This document shows positions 46,823 to 58,380 of a stretch of DNA of 64,000 nucleotides, piece after piece; position 1 is the first letter of the stretch, and each line of letters starts with the position of its first letter. Source of the stretch: Pelomyxa schiedti (taxonomy: Eukaryota > Protista > Evosea). A model generated the notes under the pieces. That model saw only the letters and a list, made by a program, of their open reading frames with translations, had not been told where the DNA came from and searched no databases. The DNA lies in the NCBI GenBank assembly GCA_020536535.1, contig JAHLWZ010000455.1, positions 1 through 64,000 on the forward strand. Direction: 5' to 3'. The translations under genes were made by a program, and so were the position numbers.

Positions 46823-48530
46823 TCACACGTCATCGCCGCGGTAAATTTGGCCAAGCTTGGAGACAGTACCGAGATTCTTGGCGGTAATTGTCATCTCTGT
46901 CCAGTTGGCGTTCTTGTCAATTTTCAGGAATCGTGGCCTGCAGCACTGCTCAATGCTGGAGAACACTGTTGTCACTTTGCCGTCATGTGTATGTGTCACG
47001 CCCTCTGGTGATTCGTCGTGGCTCCGTATAATGTAGGAACAGCCGGTCTCGCACAGGAACGATTCTGTAACGTCCTGTCCCCACATGCAGCAACCCTTCC
47101 TTGTAGGTGAGGGTGTAACTCCGGGAAGAGTGGAGGAAGGGCTACTCCAAAGCAGAGTTGCATTGAGTGGACTGCCGTCTGTTTGGGTTGTGAGAAGAGG
47201 AAGGGAGTGAAAGGAGCGGGTAAACTAACTTGAGGTATCCAGTGGCTCAGCGTTTCTGATCCTGTCCAGGCTCAAATTGTCTCCTATTCCCCCATGTACG
47301 ACGAAAACTCGTTTCGAGCAAGCAGGGAAGGTGATGATTGATGCCAATGGCAACAGCTTGTACAAACTGCAGCACTTCAAAAATATTGTTCTTGCTAGTG
47401 TATCTCCAAATATCTTCCGGAGGCTCTTGTAGTGCCCATAGGTAAAACTTATAATTGTACATTCATGGTTTCCACGATTTAGAAATACATGGCCAGGATG
47501 TAGAGCAAACATTTGGCAGAGGGTGAAGAGTACGTCAAGACCAAAAGCACCTCTGTCAACGAAGTCACCTGATAAAATAGTGGGTGAAAGTAAAAGTTGT
47601 TGGGAAAAGGGAGTCACTGCAGTCAAGATGTAAACTTCTCACCATTGAAGAGATATTTATTATTCTCTGCTGGCTCCCCCGCTGATTCTACGGTACTGAA
47701 GAGAATGTTATTAAATTGAACATTGAATTGCACACGAAACCTGCTCAAGCACTCCCAATTGGCATGCAAATCTCCCACTACATTCACGGATTCTGTCACG
47801 AAAATTTCGTTTAGCAATCCTTGCATAGACCCCAACGATGTAACGGCTCTGCTGATCCAATAACAGGCATTCTCAGCGAGTAACATTTTGTAGTATACAA
47901 AAGCCTCGTTATATATATCCCAGTTTCCTACAACTCGGTGCATCACTGAGCCGCTTCTAACTACAAAATGTATTTGAAATTAATATGAATTCTCTTGCTT
48001 AAGAGAAATAAGCTCACTTGGAAGAGATTGTGGCCTTCTAAACTGCGATCCGTAGCTCCTCTTTTTAACAGGTGCTGTTGAGGATAAGTTTAAAAACGTG
48101 AGGCACGGTAAGTAACTTACGGGGAGGTACTGGAGCAAGTGGTATTTCTAGCATATCTGCAGATTCTGAGGTACTCTGGTTGTCATTGTCAGAGGAAAGT
48201 ATCATAATAGGTGGTTCTGCTGGATATCGATGAGAAAAGCCATTTTTACTAACTATGCAAATACGCGGCATTTCACAGGTGCTAGTGGGAGAAAGGAGTT
48301 CCGGTGTAGAAAAAGTTGCTGTAGTGAACAGTATTTGAAATCTTGGGTGGCCCGTGTCTCGTTGGGGTTTATGTCTGCACTCATTTTTTCTACTGCGCGG
48401 AGACTGGTTTTTTTGTGAGATTGTTAGCAGGCCCCAAAGAAAAAAGCTGGCAGAAAAAACCAAAAAAAAATCCTACCACCCAAAAACGTTCGTCGCGCCT
48501 CAGTCGCACCAGCCGACGACTTTTTCCACA
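46823..48530 (-). CDS. Divergent PPP-family Ser/Thr phosphatase, paralog A (start uncertain)
   Basis: GDLHAN, YLFNGDFVDRG, RGNHE, VHGG, LLWSSP, IIRSHD, VTTVFSS. Confidence 0.85.
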
Positions 48531-49068
48531 TCGATTCGTGATTGGGCGCACGGGGGCGCAGATCTTGGGCGTCCCTACAGATAGTTAACTATGAAAGAGA
48601 GTCCGATGCAGAGGGAGCACAAGAAAAGAAAAGGAAAATGGAAATGATGATAAATAAATAGAAACAAAGGGCAGGAGCACACCGTCTGCAGTTCCACAGT
48701 CGCATCCGGACGGTGCACAGTCTCCGTCATCACGGGATATTAAAGACGAAGAACAGCAGCCAACAGATATCTCATTGTCCGAAATCATAGCCCTCCACGA
48801 TAGTGTCGTAGAACGCAACCCAACAGATCCGATCTATTGCTCTTTGCCCAAACGGATTTGATCTTTTGGAATTCCATTGATACCTGTTCCAACCCTGATC
48901 ACCGAGTTCCTCCCACTTTCACCTTCGCACCCATAGGTAATCTATTGCATCCGAGTTGGACTTTGAGTCCTTGTTTTGTTCTCTGGGAAGATAAGCACCT
49001 TCAAAGAAAAACCGAAGATGTGATCGACGGTTAAAACGAACTTTTTTTTTGATTTGTCTGGTCAGAAA

Positions 49069-52000
49069 ATGCAATCGCATCCATTCAAGGTCGTTGTCGA
49101 GGGGCCGTCGAATGTGGGAAAGGCATGTTATCGTAAATTGGCGCAGCTTTTGCACCGTTTATTCCTGGAGATAACGGTTCTGTTTCGATATCCCATAATG
49201 CCCTTTTTATTGTGCTGAGTAGTCAAGCTTTGTGCATTACATGACACATGGACAACCTTTGCTAGACCCCAGCAGATGCATTGGGTGCAGCTTTCAATGC
49301 ATGAGAATGAAGACTCCAATGGGTACCAGTGTCACCTGCTTATTTCTTTCTTTGTTTTTGGTCAGTTGACTTATCCAAGTGCTTTCTGTATGTATGACTT
49401 ATTTCCTACAGGTGAACTCAAGTTTGAGATCTGGGGTAACTGCACATTACTTTCAATTCATTCTTTTTGCCCATTTACATTCAGATATCCATTCAAGGGA
49501 GACTCGTTGGAATCCTAGGCCAATGAAGTATAGAGGGGCTTCAATTTGTATTCTTGTGATCGCATTAGATAATCCTCAGACTCTAGAAGATCTTCCTAAG
49601 GTGAGTCACCTTGAACTTCATATAACATGGCTTTTCTTACTGGGAAGGCGCAGTTCTTCGACGAGTTTTACGAACAGGCGTCTCCACTAGCCCAAGTTAT
49701 TATGGTTGGGACAAAACTTGATCTTATTGGTTCCACTCCCAAGAACCAACCTGTTCCCTATGACAAAGCTGTTCAGGTTTTTTTTTCCCTTATTCATTCA
49801 TCGTGTTTTGGTTTATGACAGTACAGATGGCAAAAAAATATGGGGCACTTGGTTATGTTGAACTTAGTAACACCACAGGGAAGAATCATGAATGCTTCCT
49901 TAATATTCTCTTAGAGGCTGCTACAATTGAGCTTCCATCTATGTCTACACGCAACCCACCGAGTGCTGTTATAAACACTGTCACTGAGGCAAAACCAGGT
50001 TCCCTTATTAGATTTCTTTTTTTGTACAAACCACAAGGGAAATTTGGGAAGGCTTGTTCGCGTCTCTTTTGTCATTGGTTTCTTCTCCAAAGGCTGCACC
50101 AGAGACCAAGCGTCCTACGTCAAGTTCAAGTGCGAGCAGTCTTCCCATAAACACGGTACCTAGTAGCAGCCCAGCTCGACGGGTTACTCCCAAATCCGGA
50201 GGAACGAACCCATCCTGGGAAGTGTTGTTTGGACAGGAACCTGGGCCGGCTCCACATCCATGGTACTCCCTCAAGCACAATCATGCCAGCTAACCATTCA
50301 TTGAATAGCCATGGCCACGTTTGTGCAGAACACAGGGGAGTACTCTATATTTTCGGGGGAGCAGGAGTTGTAAACCATACTGGAATAATGAGATTTGACC
50401 TTAAATCCAAAAAATGGATAGCACCACTGCCATCTCCCACTCTTGGAAATTTCACAGCAATGGTGAAGGAGACTCATCATATGTACTTGTTTGGTGGTGA
50501 TACTGGAGGAACTCCAAACAATAATCTCTTCCACTTCAACTTGGAGTCACGGGAATGGACAAAACTCTACCCGACAGATGAAGGTCCTGCTGCAACGGCC
50601 CCTGTTCCTCGTTATGGTGCCTCCCTTATCAAGTATTGATCCACCATCTGCACTTTCTTAACCTGAATGCTTTACTTCAAGGTATTGGGAGAGCTTATTT
50701 GTTTTTGGAGGCAGCTCTGGTGATGAATACTTTAGAGACATAAAGAGTTAGGTTTTTCTTTGTAGCCGGCTCTGCTCACTTTCCTAGAGTTCAATCTCAA
50801 CACAAAAAAATGGGAACCCATTCTCCTTGCCGAGGGATCACTTATCCCCCCTTCTCGTTGTCACCATACAGCATTTAGAATAAGGTGCCACTACTTCTAC
50901 TTTGATGACCTAACCTTTTGACAGAAACAAAGAGGCTATTTTCTATGTCTTTGGGGGTTTGTCTGAAGCCCGCGTTAAACTTTCCGACCTATGGGAGTTG
51001 TGCCCAACATCTCCCCTGACATGGAGGCAGCACACTACCACAGGGGCCATCCCCACTCCTCAACGTGGGCATGTGGGCTGTGTTGCTGATAATTCTCTTC
51101 TAATGTTTGGCTCCTCAAATGACAATCCAATTTGCGAGATATCCCGGTAAGTTTTGGAACATATCTTCATCTCCATAAGTCCACATCCCTCTTTCCAGGC
51201 TTGATTTCGATTCTCTGAATTGGACAAGGCTCTCTCCCACTGGCCAATCTCCAAGTGCAAGAGAGGTTGAATCTTTGTCACAAGTAACTTTCTAATATTC
51301 CTAGTTTCATGCCGCGACTTCTTCCCGTGACGATCAGATAATTGTTTTTGGTGGTTTGCTTCGACAAGTTAATTCTGAGCTTCTTGGAGATGCCTTCGTA
51401 TTGAACATCCCAACGGTTCGATCGCTCTCCCTTCTGGCCTTAGCACTGCCTCCATACTGTTGGATGCATATTTGCTCGTTTTTACCACCTGAATCAATTG
51501 CTCTTTTGGGCATGGTCTGTTGCTTCCTCTCCTTCTCCCTTTTTACTTAAATCTCAGTGCTGCAAGGGGTTATATGCATTATGCAACGACGATGAGGTAT
51601 GGAGAGCACTGCTACCACCGTCACTACGAATAGGATCCAAGTTAAAAAAAAAATGTTGGTCTATCCCCTTCAACCTCTCTTATGAGCCACATAGACGTTG
51701 AGCTCTATGTCCGAAAACCTCTGTGGCGGAACCCTAGTCCGAGAACTGTAGAGGAAGGCCTCATTAAATCCTACTACCCAACAAGCTACTACCCAGTCAG
51801 GAGCTACTCTCCCCCAGGGTGTTTCCTTGGGAATGGCATTGTCCAATTGGCCAACTGCACAACCAAGTGAGCCAGTATTAACTAATTATCCGTGGTTGGA
51901 AACAAACTCATGAAGGTATGTGTCAGAAATAGTTCCAGGCGACTTCGTACTCACAGAATCATTGAATGCGAGGGAAGTAGCAAGAGTTTTAACAAGGGAT

Positions 52001-52403
52001 GTCTACAAGGACTATAATTTGGTGTTTCTAAATGGATTGGGACTCACCACTGGACATCCAGTGCTTATTAACGGGAAATGGATGCACCCAACGGATGTTG
52101 CAACCCCCACTAGGCTCTTTGTAACGAAACTATACAACTTTGAACTTGCCGGAGGGAACAAGGTTTACACTTCCCAGTGGAAAACTAATCTCATACTATC
52201 CATGAAAAAGGTACCCGACCATAGTGTGATTATCAACGGATTGGTCCTATGTACCCTGGGAAAGGATTGTGGCATAGAACTGAATGAAAGATTCCCTGAT
52301 TTGAACAACACGTGCAAATTTCCTTTTCCTTTTAACCCACTAATTTCATGGCATAAGGTATGGCATTGGATACTGGAGCAAAACAAAAACCAAACAAGCA
52401 TAA
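49069..52403 (+). CDS. Fusion protein: atypical Rho-like GTPase + Kelch repeats + F-box + C-terminal Hint (Vint-type) domain (may extend further 5')
   Basis: KVVVEGPSNVGK; IWDIHSRE..RPMKY; VIMVGTKLDL; Kelch LYIFGG, MYLFGG, LFVFGG, FYVFGG; F-box LALPPYCWMHICSFLPPESIALLGMVCK; Hint GCFLGNGIVQLAN...GLTTGHPVLINGKW...LYNFEL...HSVIINGLVLCTLG. Confidence 0.8.
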
Positions 52404-52583
52404 AAAATAAGAAATGGAAATTGGGGAGACCTCACATTACCTGGTTCCCTGTGCTGAGCTTAAAAATACAGTGCCACAGTTGCAACAATGGCTCATCAGT
52501 TTCCTTGGACGAAATCAGTGGTTCTTCAACTGGTTTTTTTTGCACTTGTAAAGAAGAAGCATTGGGAGAGTTTGTTTTTCGTT

Positions 52584-54744
52584 TTAGGGGGCCTCTGGTT
52601 GCTGTTGATGGAAAAGTACTTGTTCCAACTTGTCCATGGTGGCAGCAGCTCCCTTGATGGGCATTACCTCATTGAAGTTGGTTGCTGCTATCCTACAGAA
52701 GCACGGATCGGCGCTCTGCTCCGCTGACGAAAAGACAGTGATGACCTTGTTATTATGGGTGTACTGGATGCCGTGGGGGTAGGCGTCATGGCTTCTGATG
52801 ATGCAACACAGATGATTGTCTTGAAGAAACTGGTCAGTTATATCAGGTCCCCAGCACTGGAAGCCTTCACGCACAGACGCTGTCATCCCTGGCTTGTCAG
52901 AGGGGCTGTTCCACAGCAATTCTTTCAGTAAATCAGAGGATACTTTTTTGGACAGCTTTGTTAATCGAACCTCTTAAGAGAGAGGTAAAAGGACACACCG
53001 GAGTTTTCCCAACGCGGAGAATTTTGAATAGCAGTCATGGTGACGTTAGGACCAATGCCACCGTGGGTTACAAAGATTCCTCTTGAAGATTGGAACGATA
53101 TCACTGATGCAAGCGGAAGTTCCTTATACAGATCAACACATTTATCCCATAGACTGTGGGCCATTATTGGCCCAAATACAGCTTGGAGGCATTTGGAGTG
53201 GCCATAACCAGCACTAATGAACGTGCACTCATGGTTTCCGCGATTCATGAAGACCTGACCGGGGTGTGTCACAAGCATCTCGCACAGAGTTGTCAATACG
53301 TCCATCCCAAATGCTCCTCGGTCAATAAAGTCACCTACATTAGAAGACAGTGAGAAAAGGTGTTAGGTTGGCAATTAAAAGACCTCACCATTGAAGAGCC
53401 ACTTGTTGGTTTCGGATGGTACCCCACCAGCACTAATGGCCCTGCATAAAGTTAAAGTTGCGTAAAATAATCAAAGCACGTACTTTGTTAAGCACTCCAA
53501 ATTACCGTGTAAATCCCCAACTATGTTGATGTGACTATCGGTCCCTGTGAGAGTGATTTCATTCAGTAAGTTCCTTGTCTTGAGTAGTTTGGTGGCAGCC
53601 GTGAGCCAGTAAATGTGGGTCTGGAAAAGGGCGGTCTTTATATCTATACAGGTTGGAGAGTATTGATCCCAACTTCCCATGGCCAAATTGTCCAACTTCG
53701 GAGCTGACACTTGCATTAGTTCCAGACTCGTGGAAACATGTAGAAAAGAAGGGCAGAACCCAAACCTGCGTGTGCCCTTGGAGTGCCTATGCTTGTTTTG
53801 CAAATGCTGGGTTTCTTGGAATCTGGTGTACCATCGATAAGAGTCGCAACCACATCAAGGCGATAAACCTGGCGCAGCAGGGGAATCTAGTACCTCAGAG
53901 GGTGGATTCAGTATCGGCTCGGCTTGTCTCTTTCTTCCCGCTACTTAACAATAAAATGTCAGGAGATGTACACTGTGCCATTCCAACAGATAGAGACGGT
54001 GCTCACGCTTCTCAGTGTCACGATTGTTCTCGTCATCAGCAACGTTGGTCTGCTTTGCCGCAGTTTGAAAAACATGGGAACCCTTTCTCGGCGTGACTGG
54101 TGTTTTCTCTGGGAAGTTAATTAACAAACAGTTGAACAGAGAACGTAAAACTAAGTGAACCTTGGCGTGCTGTTTGCAATGGTGACCGCGGACCCAATGT
54201 AAGTACCTTCTTGGTGAGGCATTCCACCTGCCCTGACACAGGGATTTCCGTGGGGGTGTACTGAGCTTGAAGAACTGTAGAACCCGAGGATTTTTCGGCA
54301 GGCGACTTCTTTGTTTCGTACGTAACGAGTATTTAGCAACGGAAATAGGAAAGGTTTGCTTACGGGATAAGTACCAAAACTGGGGAGAAGACCACTTTGA
54401 GTCCGATCGAATGCAGGAATAGTAGTACGAGTAGGAGTGGTTTCTATTGCGCTTTGAGTACGCCCGTATCACGCGTCAACATCGCTGCCGTAATGAAAAA
54501 GATGAAGGAAAATCTTACTGCTAGGGGTAGTATCACCAGCAGAATCAACCGCCGTAGTAGTATTCGTATTCGTGATAGGCGTAGAAGTAGAAGGTGTCGG
54601 CGTATCGGTGACAGAGGTTTTTTGTGCCGGATTAGGCGTAGTTGTACCCGACGAAGACGACTGTTGTTTGCCACTGCCGCGGCGGAAGATACCAAATACG
54701 GTACTAATTATGCTCCACACAGGTGACGACGACTCCTCTGTCAT
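52584..54744 (-). CDS. Divergent PPP-family Ser/Thr phosphatase, paralog B, with long Thr/Ser-rich N-terminus
   Basis: GDLHGN, WLFNGDFIDRG, RGNHE, THGG, LLWNSP, IIRSHD, VITVFSS. Confidence 0.85.
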
Positions 54745-54929
54745 TACTGTTGCTGCTCTCTTTCTTTGTTGAAGAAGATCTATGAGTTTGTGTCGTGTTT
54801 TCGGGTACCGGCACCTCTTTCTCTCCTTTTCTTGTTACTGGTCTTCGAATGTTACCGGCTGAAACCCGGAATTTTTTCAAGATTCTCACAAGTTAGGGTT
54901 CACGGAGTTACACAAAGGGGTCCTTGCTT

Positions 54930-56063
54930 TCACGTTTTGTTGGATGATTCTAGTCTGCGCAAAGCCGCATTTGCAAGTATGTCTCTTCTGGCAGCGGTGT
55001 TGTCTGTAGAGCTTGAGGTGTTAATGGAAGAGGGTGGAATAGGTGCAGAATTTGGGGAGGAGGAAGAGGTTGCATTTGGGGAAGTGGTAGGGTATGAGGG
55101 CATTGCGCTACTGTTAAGTGAATGACCAAGGACATTGCCGGAACCTTATGGAGGGTTAGGAGAAGGCAAGTGGGGGAAGTGGCAAGACACACCAGTGAAG
55201 GATTTTGCGGCTGATGTAGGAGGTAGCTGGGGTGTTGCTGGTGTGGCACCCCCCAATTGAGTGGGTAGTGCCCATTGGAAGTAGGATCCTATGTAAGCTA
55301 ACCTATTGTGATCTATGTGACAAATAAATAAGGAGTATGTGTGGTAAAGGGAATTATTACCTATTGATCCAAGCGGGAATTTCTTTTCCAACAAGTTTTA
55401 AGCATAGTGCATTGCTAAAAGAGTTGCAGTTTCTGTTGGGCAAATTAGCGTGAGTGTGAACACAATATATTGGTTTGGGAATTCCACGTACTTGTTGAGA
55501 GGGTGATAGCTGGTACCAGTGAATTGGGAACCAAGTTCATCAAGTATACTTTGCAAACGAGAATAAGATACATTAGTTGTGCCCATTGCAACTACACGAA
55601 AATGTTATCAATAAGAGCTGAGTGTTGTGAAGAATACCGGATTCGCGAAATGTTGCACCAACCTCGAGATACACGTCAATCATAAAGGAGGGAAAAAAAA
55701 AGGGTATTACCTGAGACCGAGGTGTAATGTCATACACACCACTTCCGTTTCCGGGATGACCTCCAAATGCGTATTCTGTGTTGGAAAGAAGAAGAAGAAG
55801 AAGAAGGAAAAAAAAAAAGACGGGAGTTGTAGGTAGAAAGTAACGAAAATTGGGCTAGACCTCGGTCGTCGACCTGAACACCCGTGTGAAAGGCGCCAAT
55901 ACCAGCAAAGTACCCGTAGTTATTGACTTTGATGAAGTTAGAAGAGGATGGCATTTTAACATGTGGTGACGCGCTCGCACACTCACACACCAGAATGCAG
56001 ATCGTAGACATTGAGCGTCACCACCCGCCCCTTGTCGGGCCCACTTCCGCCGTACTTCATCAT
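54930..56063 (-). CDS. DESI2: PPPDE/DeSI (peptidase C97) deSUMOylating/deubiquitinating isopeptidase
   Basis: VTLNVYDL, GIGAFHTGVQV (His), EYAFGGH, YHPLNKNCNSFS (Cys), IPAWINRLAYIG; C-terminal RRDILANAALRRL. Confidence 0.9.
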
Positions 56064-56114
56064 TCTCTTTTTTCCACGTCGCGATTCCCCTTTCAAAACA
56101 GGAAAGCACCCGTT

Positions 56115-58270
56115 ATGAACAGCGAACCAGAACGGGGACTACAATTACTTTCAGTGCGGCGTCCGAGCGACACCAACAACAACAACACCAGCAGCAGCGG
56201 CCCCGCCATGTTTTTTCGGAACCTACTGCACCGACACCAGCACCAGCCCCCCGCGCCGCCGCCAACGCCCACTCCCACTGCCACTACCGCCGCGGCCGTG
56301 ACAGCTACGACCCCGCCTGCGACTGCGGCTGCGGCTGCGACTGCGACAACGGCGGCGCCGACGGTGCTGCCGCCGCCGCCTGCTGCTGTTTCGGCGAGGG
56401 TGGAGACCAAGGTGTGCCACCACGAGTGCACGCGGCGCAATGTGTCCTGGTGCTGCCCGTGCGACGACCACAGGCCCGTGATGTCCGCATACCCAATGTT
56501 AGTGGTTGTTGACGCTCTCTTGTGTGACACAATGACTCATGAGTGCATGCATGCATGCATGCCTGTCTTGTTGGTTTTTGTTTTTTTGTTTGTCTTTGCC
56601 GTTTATGTGCCCTGGAGCCCCACTATCGGGCCCACATCCCTTTTTTTTTCGTTTTACGTTGGACAAGATATGATGGAAGTGGAATGCTAGTTGGGCGTAC
56701 ATCAAATAGGGCGTATGACTACTGCTCATTTTGTAAAAAGTAGCCCTTTCTCTTGATTTTATTGTTAGTCTTACTTCATTCTCTTTTTTTTTTCCCCTCA
56801 GACGCTACATTGTATGTACTATCCATGTTTTTGGTATTGTGTGAACCCTTTTATTTTACAGCCTCCCACACCTACCCCCGAGCTATTTGTTCCAAAGAAA
56901 TGTGAGCACTCATGGTGTATGATAAAATCCACACCTTTGTGTTGCGCCTGTGCAGATCAACGACCATCTACTGGCAGCTACCCTATGTATCAACATGCCT
57001 CTCAATTTTGAGTGTAAATTTCACTCAGATACGTTGATGGAGTTGGCCACACAGTAACCTCAGATAGGGCAATTCATTATTGTCCTGCTTGCAAAAGGTT
57101 TATTTCTTCTGTTAGGAGCTGTTTTTAATGGGAGCATTGGGGAAAAAATAAAAACAGCAAGTCACCCCATGTGCCACCTTCCGTAAGATATGCTCCTCCA
57201 GTTGCTACAAGGGTGCCACCACCCACTGTATGGCTTTGCCGTCTTTCTTTTTTTTCCCCCAGAATGACCTCATGTAGACCAAAAATTCCTCCCTACACGA
57301 ATCAGAGTGGTATTGCCCGCATAGCCCATTTCCTACTGACTGTCGGCTGTGCGATTCGGCCTCTCTGGAGAAAAGACACGCAAAACAGGCTGCAGCAACA
57401 ATGCCAACACCTGCAGAATCCATACCCACATCATCGGAGTTCGAATCTTCAACAACAGCATCTTCCTTCGCAGTAGTTGATATTCAACCTGCAGTCTCCA
57501 CACCACAATCCCCCTTCTTTTTCACTCATGCACCCCGCATAAAAGAGCTCACTGCTATGGGATTTACTTTATCTTCCATCAATCAAGTCCTGACCAACCA
57601 CGAAGATGAGTGGAATCCCAAAAGGGGGCCGCTGGACATGCAAATGCTAATTAACGACCTGCTCGATCTGCAGACTCGATCACAACAGCCTGATACACAA
57701 ACACAGACCACAGAAACTTCTCAGCCCCAAACTGCACCTCTTCCACAACAAACTCATTCCGAAACTGCCGCACCTAAACAAACTCAGGCAGAAAGTCTAG
57801 CACAAGCACAGCCCCCACAAATTCAGCAACCTCAAGTTACAATTGTTGCACCACAAACAGTGACAACAACGCAAACAACCACACTATCACAGCAACCAAC
57901 CTCAACACAGCCACCCCCAAATGTGACTCCAACAACACCATTAACAACACAATCTCCACCATTTGTTACGCAGTCGAGTGCGGCACCTTCCGCGACAAAT
58001 TCACAGCCAAGTGAGAATTGCATTGTTTGCTTTGTCAACCAGGTTGTGAAGAATGGTCATTTCAGTGTTGCTAATTTTATTAAGGTCAATTCTGTGCTTG
58101 TTCCTTGTGGACACCTTTCATTATGTCACAGCTGTGCCACTCACATAACAGAAACTAGCCACCATTGCCCTGTATGCAGAGCACTTATTTTGATGGTGTG
58201 TATTACCTTCAACCCTTTTTTAAAAAACCTGAATCTCGAACTATAGGCTGTTCAAACCTTCCGTTCTTGA
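56115..58270 (+). CDS. Putative E3 ligase: two Cys/His-rich repeats + UBA-like segment + C-terminal C3HC4 RING
   Basis: RIKELTAMGF (UBA-like); CIVCFVNQVNSVLVPCGHLSLCHSCA...CPVCR; repeated CxH..C..CCxCxDxRP..YPIYxDGxG..R...YCxxCK. Confidence 0.82.
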
Positions 58271-58380
58271 TAAAAAGATGTACAAAAAACAAAAAGTACA
58301 ACACCATGTGTATCACAACAGATAAGTTTAAGTGGAGCAGACCTCCCTTTTCTTAATTGGCCAATGAATAAAAGTGACAT

